Virus record (IMG/VR): IMGVR_UViG_3300025168_000047
Span: 1-64,000 of that record
Strand: one strand, 5' to 3'
Source: a virus
Length of the DNA: 64,000 nucleotides
In this document: positions 1 to 9,282 of the stretch, one piece after another
How positions within the stretch are numbered: the first letter of the stretch is position 1
How the letters are laid out: each line of letters starts with the position of its first letter
Program-made: the position numbers and the translations under genes
The notes under the pieces: generated by a model
Told to the model about the DNA's origin: nothing
What the model saw: the letters and a program-made list of their open reading frames with translations, nothing else
Database searches by the model: none

Positions 1-1
1 T

Positions 2-367
2 CCAAACAATATTGCAGTAGGCGGCTGGCACAAAGATTTGGACTATAACCATCCGGACGGCGAATTAAACTTTGTTGTTTGCTTAACTGATGCAATAGAC
101 ACTAGCAGCATATGGGCTGAAAGCTCTCCCGGTAAAGAGGATTATCAACCACTTAACATGATACCCGGAGAAATGATACAATTTGATGGTAATCATTGCA
201 CACACGGAAACAAAGTTAATGAAACAGGAAAATCAAGAGTAAGCTTTGATTTTAGGATCTTACCACACAATAAATACAATCCGGATACATCTAAGAAATC
301 TGTAGCAATCGGTAGAAGCTTTACACTAGGCGACTATTACAAACTTTATGAAAAAAATGAAAATTGA
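2..367 (+). CDS. 2OG-Fe(II) oxygenase-like protein (StrG/PhyH-like), 5'-partial
   Basis: Frame is open from the window edge (PNNIAVGGWHKDLDYNHP...). HxD (WHKD), distal His (THGN) and RVSFDFR fit the facial triad and 2OG-binding Arg of double-stranded beta-helix oxygenases. Confidence 0.65.
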   Translation, partial: PNNIAVGGWHKDLDYNHPDGELNFVVCLTDAIDTSSIWAESSPGKEDYQPLNMIPGEMIQFDGNHCTHGNKVNETGKSRVSFDFRILPHNKYNPDTSKKSVAIGRSFTLGDYYKLYEKNEN

Positions 368-1109
368 TATTATTATACCATCTTATAAATCCAAAGAGAT
401 AACTACTTTGGCAATCAAATCTTTTGAAAAGAACAAAGGTGACTTCGACTTCAGATATATAGTGATCGAGAACGCCGGCGACGAATCATATAAAGAAGAC
501 ATTGTATCTTTAAATAAGAACGTTCATTGGATAACTAATAAATGTGAACATCGGTATTTGAGTTCGTTTACAAATGGTGAAGCGGTACAGAAGGGCCTTG
601 AGGTTGTTGAATCTGAATATGTTTTTGTATGCCATAACGATGTCGTAGCTACAAGTCCAGACTGGATGAGCTTTTTGTATTCAAAAATTGAAGAGGGTTG
701 CGTCATCGCCGGCACAGTGTTAGATAATGTTCGAATAAAGGCAGTTCATATTAGTGGAATGCTGATTAAATCAGAAATTGCCAAGAGTGTGGAGTTTGAC
801 CCAATTAACGATGACTATGGTAATCAAATTATGGATGTTGGAGATAATTGGACGCAATATTGTAAAGATAATGATTTAAAATATTACTGCTGTAATAATA
901 CTCACAATGAAAACGTTGGAGAAATTCCAGAACCATATACAAACTTTCATTCGGATAGAGCCGTTGATGATGACGGAAATGTTATTTTCCTGCATTTAGG
1001 AAGAGGAACGAGAAAAACATTAGGTGAATACAGTCAACCCGGCAAGACGCTCCATGTAGACTGGGTTGAGTTTGTTGAAAGAGAAATACTGGAGGTTTCA
1101 AATGGCTAG
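348..1109 (+). CDS. Glycosyltransferase family 2 (GT-A fold)
   Basis: IDIIIPSYK N-terminus, YIVIENAGD, GEAVQKGL...EYVFVCHNDV (DxD-equivalent); typical GT2 layout. Confidence 0.8.
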   Translation: MKKMKIDIIIPSYKSKEITTLAIKSFEKNKGDFDFRYIVIENAGDESYKEDIVSLNKNVHWITNKCEHRYLSSFTNGEAVQKGLEVVESEYVFVCHNDVVATSPDWMSFLYSKIEEGCVIAGTVLDNVRIKAVHISGMLIKSEIAKSVEFDPINDDYGNQIMDVGDNWTQYCKDNDLKYYCCNNTHNENVGEIPEPYTNFHSDRAVDDDGNVIFLHLGRGTRKTLGEYSQPGKTLHVDWVEFVEREILEVSNG

Positions 1110-1956
1110 ATGTTTAGTCACAGGTCACATGGGCTACATTGGTACCCATGTATATAACAAGTTAATTGAACTTGGACATGAGGTTATGGGAATCGACCTT
1201 AAAGAAGGTGAAGATATTCTTTTAGATTTAAATGACCTACAGTATGAAGAGTTCAAGCCAGAGTATATATTCCATTTAGCCGCGATACCTCGTGTTGCCT
1301 ACAGTATGGAGTATCCTCACGAAGTTTTGTATAATAATGTAGTAACCTCCTTAAACGTACTAGACTTCGCTAGAATCCACGGAGTAAAAAGAGTGATATA
1401 TTCAAGCTCTAGCTCTGTTCGAGGCAATGGAGACGGTCCTACGAGCCCCTATGGTGCTTCTAAGTTGATACCGGAGACTTTGTGCAAAAATTACTCTAAA
1501 GCTTTTGGAATCGACACGGTATGTCTTCGATATTTCAACGTTTATTCAGAAGATCAGAAGGCTGAAGGGCCGTATGCAACTGCCGTTTCGAATTGGATGC
1601 AATACTTACGTGACGGAAGAGATCCTTTTATTACTGGCGATGGCGAACAAAGAAGGGACATGTTGTATGTTCACGATGCTGTTGCAGCTAACATTTTTTG
1701 CATGAATTACGAAGGCACGTTCAATGGTCAAAATTTTGACACCGGTACCGGAAATAACATATCTTTGAATGAATTGAAACAAATAGTATTAGAACACCAC
1801 CCAGATACAGCATTTTTATATGTTGACGACAGAGCAGGTGACGTAAGGCTAACTAAGGCTGAAACTAAGCCTCTGTCTGATTTAGGTTGGACGACAAAAA
1901 TGGATATCAAGACTGGAGTATCGAATTGTTTTAAAGGGGCCAAAAATGAAATATAG
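1102..1956 (+). CDS. NAD-dependent nucleotide-sugar epimerase/dehydratase (extended SDR)
   Basis: LVTGHMGYIG Rossmann motif, FHLAA, SSSS, YGASK (YxxxK), LRYFNVY, GDGEQRRD. Start moved to ATG 1102 because GGAGG lies at 1091-1095. Confidence 0.92.
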   Translation: MARCLVTGHMGYIGTHVYNKLIELGHEVMGIDLKEGEDILLDLNDLQYEEFKPEYIFHLAAIPRVAYSMEYPHEVLYNNVVTSLNVLDFARIHGVKRVIYSSSSSVRGNGDGPTSPYGASKLIPETLCKNYSKAFGIDTVCLRYFNVYSEDQKAEGPYATAVSNWMQYLRDGRDPFITGDGEQRRDMLYVHDAVAANIFCMNYEGTFNGQNFDTGTGNNISLNELKQIVLEHHPDTAFLYVDDRAGDVRLTKAETKPLSDLGWTTKMDIKTGVSNCFKGAKNEI

Positions 1957-2800
1957 TATTGGTATCGTCGGAAACGGCTTCGTTGGTGCAGCTATTGCAG
2001 CAGGCTTCTCCCCTACTTGTAAGGTGAGAATCCACGATAAGAACGAATTAAGATCGCTTAATACTTTAGAGGACACAGTTAACTTATCTGATGTTGTGTT
2101 CGTCAGTGTTCCAACACCGATGAACGAAGACGGTTCGATAAACTTAAAAATTGTGGAATCAGTATTTGAAGAAATAACAAGAGTTAAAAATAATCCTGAC
2201 TGCACAATCGTGTTGAAATCTACAGTTGTCCCCGGAACAACAAAAAGATTAGCTAAAAAATACCCAAATTTGAATATTGTATACAATCCAGAGTTTCTGA
2301 CAGAGCGAAAAGCTCATTTTGATTTCAATAACCAATCTAGAATTGTATTGGGCGGAGAGTTAAAACATTTAGATTTGATTACAGAAGTATACAAAAAAAG
2401 ATTTATGCACTGCAACTTTGTTAAAACAGATACAACAACTGCAGAATTCATAAAATATTTTGGAAATCTGTTTTTTGCTGTGAAGGTCTCATTCGCAAAT
2501 GAAATGAAGTTAATGGCCAGCGATCTCGGCGTTAATTGGCAGGAGGCTTTATATGGTTTCGTTGCTGATGGTCGAGTTGGTGATTCACACTTACATGTAC
2601 CCGGACCAGATGGTAAACTGGGCTTTGGAGGGTCTTGTTTTCCGAAAGACCTTAACGCTTTTATAAATTTAGCGGATAATAAGGGTATAAATGTCAATGT
2701 TTTAAAAGCAGCATGGCAAACTAATTTAGAAGTTCGTCCTGAAAAAGACTGGGAACAGCTTAAAGGTCGAGCAGTAACATTAAAAAATAAAGGAGATTAA
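1946..2800 (+). CDS. ugd: UDP-glucose/GDP-mannose 6-dehydrogenase family protein (short form)
   Basis: GIVGNGFVG, VSVPTP, LKSTVVPGT, NPEFL, catalytic GFGGSCFPKD. Only 284 aa, so the C-terminal domain is apparently absent. Confidence 0.88.
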   Translation: MKYSIGIVGNGFVGAAIAAGFSPTCKVRIHDKNELRSLNTLEDTVNLSDVVFVSVPTPMNEDGSINLKIVESVFEEITRVKNNPDCTIVLKSTVVPGTTKRLAKKYPNLNIVYNPEFLTERKAHFDFNNQSRIVLGGELKHLDLITEVYKKRFMHCNFVKTDTTTAEFIKYFGNLFFAVKVSFANEMKLMASDLGVNWQEALYGFVADGRVGDSHLHVPGPDGKLGFGGSCFPKDLNAFINLADNKGINVNVLKAAWQTNLEVRPEKDWEQLKGRAVTLKNKGD

Positions 2801-2804
2801 TGTA

Positions 2805-3065
2805 ATGGATATGAAGTTTAAAGGTGATAAGTCGCCACAAGGTCAAACTGTAAAGGAACTACAATTGTCTGATCAAGCTTTAGGAGCTTTGATGATGGCT
2901 CTTCAAAAGAGCTTGCTGGAACAAACTGACATTGTGCCGACACTTAAGGCATTTAAGTTGACAGAAGATGCATCAGGAGAATTAGTGGTTTTAAATCCAC
3001 CAGTTTTTAAAGTTGGAGATTCTGATCTAGAAACTCTTGCAAACCCAGCCGGCACTGAAGAGTAA
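2805..3065 (+). CDS. Hypothetical protein
   Basis: AAGGAG upstream; in operon order; no recognisable motif. Confidence 0.7.
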   Translation: MDMKFKGDKSPQGQTVKELQLSDQALGALMMALQKSLLEQTDIVPTLKAFKLTEDASGELVVLNPPVFKVGDSDLETLANPAGTEE

Positions 3066-3068
3066 GAA

Positions 3069-3320
3069 ATGCCTCGATATGCTTATAGATGTAAGCAATG
3101 TGATTATTCTTTCGAGATAGTTCATTCTATGAGCGAAAAAAAGAAAGATTGCCCTTCTTGCAACGCAGACGAATCTCTTGTGAGGATACCCAATTTGGTT
3201 ACTAAAAAGGTAACTCAGAAAACAAAAGTTGGGGACGTCGTGAAAGAATTTATCAAAGACGCAAAGCAAGAAGTAAAAGAGGAAAAAGAAAGAATTAGAA
3301 AAGAGGAGTATAAACCATGA
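3069..3320 (+). CDS. FmdB-family zinc-ribbon protein
   Basis: MPRYAYRCKQC...CPSC pattern typical of FmdB zinc ribbons. Confidence 0.8.
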   Translation: MPRYAYRCKQCDYSFEIVHSMSEKKKDCPSCNADESLVRIPNLVTKKVTQKTKVGDVVKEFIKDAKQEVKEEKERIRKEEYKP

Positions 3321-3634
3321 TAACAGCAATATTAATAATGTCTTCGGCATTAAACATTTTATTGGTGTGGTATGCGAGAAAATTGCTACAAAAACTAGCA
3401 TATTTCTCCGAAGATATCGAAGATATGAACAATAACATAGAAGGCTTTGCTGTGCATCTAGAAAAGTTGCATAGCTTAGAGACTTACTATGGCGATCAAG
3501 ATTTACAGAACTTAATTGCACATGCCAAAAGCACTGCGCAAGAAATGAGACAATTTAAAGATTTGTATTTAATAGGGGAAACTGAAGAAGGAATTTTAGA
3601 GGATGCCGAGGAAGAAGAGCAAAAAGTCGAATAG
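3317..3634 (+). CDS. Hypothetical membrane-anchored coiled-coil protein
   Basis: N-terminal hydrophobic helix (ITAILIMSSALNILLVWYA); GAGGAG upstream; ATGA overlap. Confidence 0.7.
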   Translation: MITAILIMSSALNILLVWYARKLLQKLAYFSEDIEDMNNNIEGFAVHLEKLHSLETYYGDQDLQNLIAHAKSTAQEMRQFKDLYLIGETEEGILEDAEEEEQKVE

Positions 3635-4295
3635 ATATTATTTTACCAAAGATCACGAAGACGCGATTGTAAAATATGCGTCGACAAAAGACCGGGAAGT
3701 AAGAACCAAGCTTTATATAGAATGGATTCAGCCAGCTTTCAGCGAAATGGTGGACAAGATAGTTTATACCTATAAGTTTTCGAACCTGCCAAACATTGAT
3801 CTTTTGAGAGATGATTGCAAAATATGGTTAACTACAATTTTAGACAAGTATGATCCAAACAAAGGATCAAAAGCTTTTTCATATTTTAGTGTCATTACAA
3901 AGAACTGGTTTATTCACAAAGTAAAGAAGAATACTCAACAAAACAGAAGAGAGTTAGATTATGATAACTTGTCCAAGAATGTTGAACAGAATTATTTATC
4001 GACAGATATTCAATATAATGAAGAACGAGAATATGATGAGTTCTGGGAACACCTGTGGTCAGAGATTGAATCTTGGGATACCGGAAAATTAAAGGAAAAC
4101 GAAAAGAAAGTTTTAGAAGCAGTTAAGATAATTTTGAAGAATTCTGACAATATTGAGATTTTTAATAAGAAGGCTGTATATCTTTACCTTCGAGAATTGA
4201 CTGGCTTAAATACAAAGCAAGTTGTTAACTGCTTAAACAAGATGAGAGATAGATATAAAAAATTTAAGGTAGATTGGAACGAAGGAAAATATTAA
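3603..4295 (+). CDS. Phage late-transcription sigma factor (T4 gp55-like)
   Basis: Sigma region-2-like LDKYDPNKGSKAFSYFSVITKNWF, N-terminal YF...EDAIVKY, C-terminal HTH-like LRELTGLNTKQV. Confidence 0.72.
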   Translation: MPRKKSKKSNRYYFTKDHEDAIVKYASTKDREVRTKLYIEWIQPAFSEMVDKIVYTYKFSNLPNIDLLRDDCKIWLTTILDKYDPNKGSKAFSYFSVITKNWFIHKVKKNTQQNRRELDYDNLSKNVEQNYLSTDIQYNEEREYDEFWEHLWSEIESWDTGKLKENEKKVLEAVKIILKNSDNIEIFNKKAVYLYLRELTGLNTKQVVNCLNKMRDRYKKFKVDWNEGKY

Positions 4296-4300
4296 CCAAT

Positions 4301-4307
4301 CTAATTA
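4301..4307 (+). promoter_or_regulatory. Candidate late promoter (CTAATTA)
   Basis: Matches the recurrent (A)CTAHTTA motif; in the gap after the sigma gene, 8 nt before ATG 4316. Confidence 0.5.
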
Positions 4308-4315
4308 CTATAGAA

Positions 4316-4603
4316 ATGACTGATTTAGAAAAATATATACAAGAAGCTATTGAGAACATTCACAATGATCGCAAGGTCACCAATGACCTCCTTAAAGACG
4401 TTATGCGTTTGTTAGCTGTCGATGGTACTGCATATGAAAAAGTAGGCGCAATCGCTGCAAAATATGTTGAAACACTGCAAAGATCTAACGAACAGTTAGT
4501 AAAGATTGCAGCTTTGACACAGAAAGCAACAACTAAGTCCGAGGGCCTTTCAACTGCCGACAAAGACGATTTATATGATTTAATCCAAGGCGATAAGGAA
4601 TGA
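4316..4603 (+). CDS. Hypothetical helical protein
   Basis: ATG 4316 follows the sigma-factor stop; the upstream extension in the ORF track overlaps the previous gene. Confidence 0.7.
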   Translation: MTDLEKYIQEAIENIHNDRKVTNDLLKDVMRLLAVDGTAYEKVGAIAAKYVETLQRSNEQLVKIAALTQKATTKSEGLSTADKDDLYDLIQGDKE

Positions 4604-4607
4604 ACAA

Positions 4608-6065
4608 GTGGCCGATGAAGAAGAAACTAGCGAATCTGGCACGGCATCAGGAACACAACTTCCTCCCGAGATAGCTCCACTTGGAACTTCTGAAGATCAA
4701 GTAGCAAAAGATGTTCTTGAATCTGAGGATTTCACAAAGAGCATTTTTGAAAAATACGCTTACGGAGATCTGAATCCATGGGTACGATCCGAGACCGGAG
4801 AGTTTCTTGATAAAAGTCATTCTACTTTTCTAGGTTCTCTTGGGATAGGCACCTTAAGCTCAACTAACCAAAATATTTTTGGAAATCAATATATTTTTAA
4901 GGCAGAAGTTTTATACGCTTGGAAAGTGCCGGGGCCAAGTCCACACGGTTTTCTTTCTCTATTTCCAGATATAACAAACGCTGTGCATGTTAAAGCTAGA
5001 ATCCCAGAGTTGCATCAATTACCCCTACCAGCCAACCTGCCGATTGAAAACAATCCTACAGACGTCAAAGCAGATTGGTCAATTATTAATCAATATCCAA
5101 CTTATGTTGCGAAAGATACTCTTGTTTCAGAGTATGGTTTGCCGCAACCGGGCCAAATTATTTATGTAGGTTACGAATGCATCAACCCTTTCCGTGGCGG
5201 TTTGTATTTAGGTCCAATCAATAAGACGCAGGTTTTCATCCCGAACCCCAATACCCCTGCCGAGCCAATGCCGTTTGGAACGCCATCTGGTAGAGTTGGA
5301 GGAGTTCCAATTAACCCAAAACCTCTTGGCTCCAACGAACTTCCAAAATCCTTACAACAGGGAAGATATATTATATTTGGAGACAGTCAGGCTCGCGGAC
5401 AGTTAGGAAAAGCGGTTGAAGAACGTCTGCGAGAATATGGAGTGTCTCCACCAAATGGTTATGTGCGAAAAAATACATCAAGAGTAGGCGCTCAGATTAG
5501 AGAATTTGCACCAATGGGCTCAAAGCGCCTCCGCAAACTGGGAAAGCTAAGATCAACAGGTGTGTATAATGGAGGTCCAGATAATGGAATATCAGGACCA
5601 AATACAATACAAAGATTTTTAGATGACAAAGTTGAGAATATAATTTGGATCGGTGGAGGTAACTCAGCCGGCAACAACAGTTCTACCTACACCGGCGCAA
5701 TGAGAGAGATCATCGAGAACATAAAAAGGACTGCTGGTCCAAATACAAAGATAATTTTAATCGGCCCGCCTAGGCACTTTAGAAGGGATGCCGAAGGCAA
5801 TCAAAAAAGAGCAAATGTCGCGAACTCTTTTGATTCTTTTGCAGCAGCCGACCCACAAATTACATCTTATAACCCATTTGTTCTGTGGTCTGATCAAACC
5901 ACCGCATCCACTGGCGACGGTGTACACCTTTCCCGCAAAGGCGCTCAGACTCTAGTAGATCGGATTATGCCTCCAAGAGCAGAAGAACGAGTCCCAGCCG
6001 GCGCAGGAGCTACTGACCTACCAGCAGATCTCCTTGAGGAAACTTCTGAATCCACCGCTCAATAA
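4608..6065 (+). CDS. gp5-OB-like N-terminal domain fused to SGNH/GDSL hydrolase
   Basis: N-domain shared with the next two ORFs (FKAEVLYAW, VKARIPELH, ADW.IN.YPT, PQPG.IIYV, YLGP). C-domain has SGNH blocks IFGDS, G (VGAQ), GGGN and DGVH. Confidence 0.75.
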   Translation: MADEEETSESGTASGTQLPPEIAPLGTSEDQVAKDVLESEDFTKSIFEKYAYGDLNPWVRSETGEFLDKSHSTFLGSLGIGTLSSTNQNIFGNQYIFKAEVLYAWKVPGPSPHGFLSLFPDITNAVHVKARIPELHQLPLPANLPIENNPTDVKADWSIINQYPTYVAKDTLVSEYGLPQPGQIIYVGYECINPFRGGLYLGPINKTQVFIPNPNTPAEPMPFGTPSGRVGGVPINPKPLGSNELPKSLQQGRYIIFGDSQARGQLGKAVEERLREYGVSPPNGYVRKNTSRVGAQIREFAPMGSKRLRKLGKLRSTGVYNGGPDNGISGPNTIQRFLDDKVENIIWIGGGNSAGNNSSTYTGAMREIIENIKRTAGPNTKIILIGPPRHFRRDAEGNQKRANVANSFDSFAAADPQITSYNPFVLWSDQTTASTGDGVHLSRKGAQTLVDRIMPPRAEERVPAGAGATDLPADLLEETSESTAQ

Positions 6066-6077
6066 AACTGATAAAAA

Positions 6078-6085
6078 ACTAATTA
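6078..6085 (+). promoter_or_regulatory. Candidate late promoter (ACTAATTA)
   Basis: Intergenic; 6 nt before GTG 6092. Confidence 0.55.
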
Positions 6086-6091
6086 TTTACT

Positions 6092-7639
6092 GTGTCCACA
6101 TTTCATAAAAAACCCGGAGAACTAAACCCAACAACAAAGGCGTCAACAAAAACCTTTGTCGATCCGCAGCACACCACCTTTTTCGGCCTTGCAAAGCAAC
6201 AATCAATTGATGCCACAAGAGAAAATGTGTTTGAGGGGATGACTAGATTCAAAGCAGTTGTATTATACGCTTGGAAAGAAACTCCTTCAGAAGAAGCCAA
6301 TGCATCAACTCATATGGGTGGTTTAGGCGAATATGAGACGGTATACGTTAAAGCAGCAATCCCAGAGATTGATAAAATGCCCTTTCCTTCAAAGCTCCCC
6401 ATCGCAAACAACAGCCAAGCTGACGCAGATTGGACAATGATTAATCAATATAAAACATACGCAGCTATGGATACATCAATTTCTAATTTAGGTGTTCCTG
6501 CTCCCGGAACAATAGTATATGTTACATTTGAACAAATAAGCGCAGATCATATTGCCGGAGGAATATATATGGGTCCAGTGAATATCGATGATATGCCAAA
6601 CCCCGAGGGACTTTTAGAAACACCCGATGTCAAATGGACTCAAGGAACTACCACTTTGCAAAACTTCGATCTTGATTTAGGAGATATGGACCTTCCGGAA
6701 GTTATAACCTCACCAGAACAGGATATAGCGAGAGCGTTATGGGTGCAACATCAAACCAAACTTATCTTCCCGGGCACAATAGGATTCCCTGCAAGAATGC
6801 TTTTTTCAATACAAGCTTGTGAAAGCGGTGGAAATCCCAATGTAATAAGATTTGAGCCTCATGTTTTTTATGGTTACACGAAAAGTGGTCCAAATTCTTA
6901 TCAAAAAGCAAATCGGACTAGGAATGGAAACAAGATACCCTACCCAATGCCCGTGCCATATCAAGGCGGAGGAAATGTTGCGGGTTTTCAACAGAAAGGT
7001 TACGGATGGGCAGTCCGTCGAGGCAAACTAAAACAAACTAGAGTCTCTTTCAGGGGTGAAGAGACCAATTCAGCCGCATTTCAAAGAGCTTTCGCTCAAG
7101 ATCCAGTCGGAGCTTTGTTTTCAACGAGTTTCGGAGCTTATCAATTTTTAGGAATGTTCTTATTAGCAGGAGCAAACCCAGAAGTAAGAGGGAGTATATA
7201 CAATCACTCAACATGGACAGCGGAGCACGCACAAAAAGCACTTGCACTTTATAAAGAAAACCCAATTAAAGCTAGTGATTATGGTGTGGTGGCTATAATC
7301 AAGGCAAAAGGTCGTGATTTTGTACAAAGAGCGGCCTCTGCGGCCTATGTTCCCGGCGCATTACCTGATTTTGCGTATGTAGCACGTCGATTTAATGGAG
7401 ACACAAGTGCATATTCTAATTTTAGACAAGACAAATCTAAACCATATTCTTCAAAAAGAAAGAAGTGTCCGGATTTAAGAGAGTACGCCGGCCAGAATTT
7501 AAAGAATTTTAGAAATACTTGCGGTGGATACGCCGGCAAGCTTTTTTATAATTGGTTGAAATATCGAGAACTTGAAGGATTGTATGAGAAACAATTAGCT
7601 GCACAACTTGTAAGTTCTACTTATCCGGATTTGGTTTGA
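6092..7639 (+). CDS. gp5-OB-like N-terminal domain fused to N-acetylmuramidase (DUF3380-type)
   Basis: Shared N-domain. C-domain ESGG...IRFEPHVF...ALFSTSFGAYQFLG...ARRFNG...YAGKL matches the DUF3380 muramidase pattern. Confidence 0.75.
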   Translation: MSTFHKKPGELNPTTKASTKTFVDPQHTTFFGLAKQQSIDATRENVFEGMTRFKAVVLYAWKETPSEEANASTHMGGLGEYETVYVKAAIPEIDKMPFPSKLPIANNSQADADWTMINQYKTYAAMDTSISNLGVPAPGTIVYVTFEQISADHIAGGIYMGPVNIDDMPNPEGLLETPDVKWTQGTTTLQNFDLDLGDMDLPEVITSPEQDIARALWVQHQTKLIFPGTIGFPARMLFSIQACESGGNPNVIRFEPHVFYGYTKSGPNSYQKANRTRNGNKIPYPMPVPYQGGGNVAGFQQKGYGWAVRRGKLKQTRVSFRGEETNSAAFQRAFAQDPVGALFSTSFGAYQFLGMFLLAGANPEVRGSIYNHSTWTAEHAQKALALYKENPIKASDYGVVAIIKAKGRDFVQRAASAAYVPGALPDFAYVARRFNGDTSAYSNFRQDKSKPYSSKRKKCPDLREYAGQNLKNFRNTCGGYAGKLFYNWLKYRELEGLYEKQLAAQLVSSTYPDLV

Positions 7640-7648
7640 GGTTAAAAG

Positions 7649-9226
7649 ATGGCGAAACAAGACGAATTTGACGAAAGACAACCTGCTCCTCCCGATAACG
7701 CTCGTGTTGGTGATGATGTTTCACCTCTTGACCCGGCACAGAGTCAAAGCGAGAGCAGTACACAAGAATATAGCGAAGAAGAGACTTTTCAAACAGAACT
7801 TGATCGAGACCCAGCCTTGAAAAACCCTAGGGGCGAGACTGTTGATGTAAATCTTGTCACCAAGCTTGCCAAAGGCGATTACGTTGATGGGACATTAAAC
7901 CCCATACCTACAAGATCTATAACGCCTTTTACTATCGATCAACACCATACATCTTTTTTAGGAATGGCGAAAAATTTTAGCATGAAACAATATGAAAATA
8001 GTGTTATTAAGAATGCTGGATTTATAAAGGCTATCGTATTATATGCTTGGGAAGAAGAGCAAGGAGACGTTTATAGAGAGGGTCCAACGGGTTTAGAACC
8101 CACAATCAAGACAATTTTGAAAGTAAAAGCGAGAATACCAGAACTTCACGTAACTTTACCCACACCTAGTAGCTTGCCTTTAGCAAATAATCCAAATTTT
8201 GCAGCAGACTGGACAGCTATTAATGCACATCCGACCTTTTTAGCCGCAGATACAAGTATAGCAAAGCTATCAGATGGCGTGCCGCAGCCCGGAGATGTCA
8301 TATATGTTGATTTTGAACACAGATTAACGCAAACTGGGCCAATTTATCTTGGTCCTTTAAGTGTCAACTTTGCATTCAACCTGCCTTCACCACCAGAATT
8401 GATTAAAGAAATACCCACTGAGCTAGATAAACCTTTAGTTCTCGATCCTATCGCGGGTCTAGAGTTTAATATAATTCAAGGCCGACCATTTAGTGGTGGA
8501 AAAATGCCTAGGACCAAAGAAATAGATACGATTGTGATTCATGAAAGCGTAGTAGGAGAGGGTACGGGCGCTGGAAAGGTCGATGGCGGGCGAGATAGAA
8601 CTTACGGTGTATTAGAAAAGAGACAGCTTTCAATTCACTTTACTGTAGGAAAGGATGGCTCAGTGCACCAACACGAAGATCCCGCTAAAGTGGTTACTTT
8701 CCATGGAGGCGGTGGAACAGAAGGTGGAGGAATGAACGGAAGGTCTATTGGCATAGAAATATTGAATAGATGGAAGGCCAGTTCTTCTGAAACAGTCGAC
8801 GGTCGAAAGATAATCCGTGAACCCAGATTTGGTCAAGGTCAAGGAAACTATGTTAATCCTCCACAAGCGCAGCATGAAGCCTGCTACAGATTAATAGCAT
8901 CAATGGTTAAGAAGTTTCCAAAACTAAACATGCAGTTTTTTGGTTCTCGACAGGGAAGCTTCTTTTTTACCAAGTCTCCCGGTCGTGCAACGGGTATAAC
9001 TGCACATGGAAACTATGTGGCTAGAAAGTCTGATGGATTCCCCACTGCAATGTATTGCGCGTGCAGAGCTAGAGGATATAGTGAGCAGGAATCTTACGAA
9101 TATTTAATACAAGCTCTCAATTCAAACTCAAAGACATCAAACTCCGAAGGCACAGTGTCTTATCGACTGCCTCCAATTAAACAGGGAGTCTTTTCTTTAC
9201 CGGACAGTACAGAACCCACTGTATAG
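7649..9226 (+). CDS. gp5-OB-like N-terminal domain fused to N-acetylmuramoyl-L-alanine amidase (Amidase_2)
   Basis: Shared N-domain. C-domain IVIHES, SIHFTVGKDGSVHQ, HGGG...NGRSIGIE, AHG...KSD are Amidase_2 zinc-site motifs. Confidence 0.78.
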   Translation: MAKQDEFDERQPAPPDNARVGDDVSPLDPAQSQSESSTQEYSEEETFQTELDRDPALKNPRGETVDVNLVTKLAKGDYVDGTLNPIPTRSITPFTIDQHHTSFLGMAKNFSMKQYENSVIKNAGFIKAIVLYAWEEEQGDVYREGPTGLEPTIKTILKVKARIPELHVTLPTPSSLPLANNPNFAADWTAINAHPTFLAADTSIAKLSDGVPQPGDVIYVDFEHRLTQTGPIYLGPLSVNFAFNLPSPPELIKEIPTELDKPLVLDPIAGLEFNIIQGRPFSGGKMPRTKEIDTIVIHESVVGEGTGAGKVDGGRDRTYGVLEKRQLSIHFTVGKDGSVHQHEDPAKVVTFHGGGGTEGGGMNGRSIGIEILNRWKASSSETVDGRKIIREPRFGQGQGNYVNPPQAQHEACYRLIASMVKKFPKLNMQFFGSRQGSFFFTKSPGRATGITAHGNYVARKSDGFPTAMYCACRARGYSEQESYEYLIQALNSNSKTSNSEGTVSYRLPPIKQGVFSLPDSTEPTV

Positions 9227-9282
9227 AAAGGAACTTAAACAAATTTAACAATTCATGATACTTATAACAGAGAGGAATAATT

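Noticed and set aside
2-2800. Sugar genes as a bacterial LPS/capsule locus marking a prophage boundary
   Set aside because: Same strand, density and CCWGG avoidance as the phage genes, running straight into the late sigma; no integrase, att site or host housekeeping gene.
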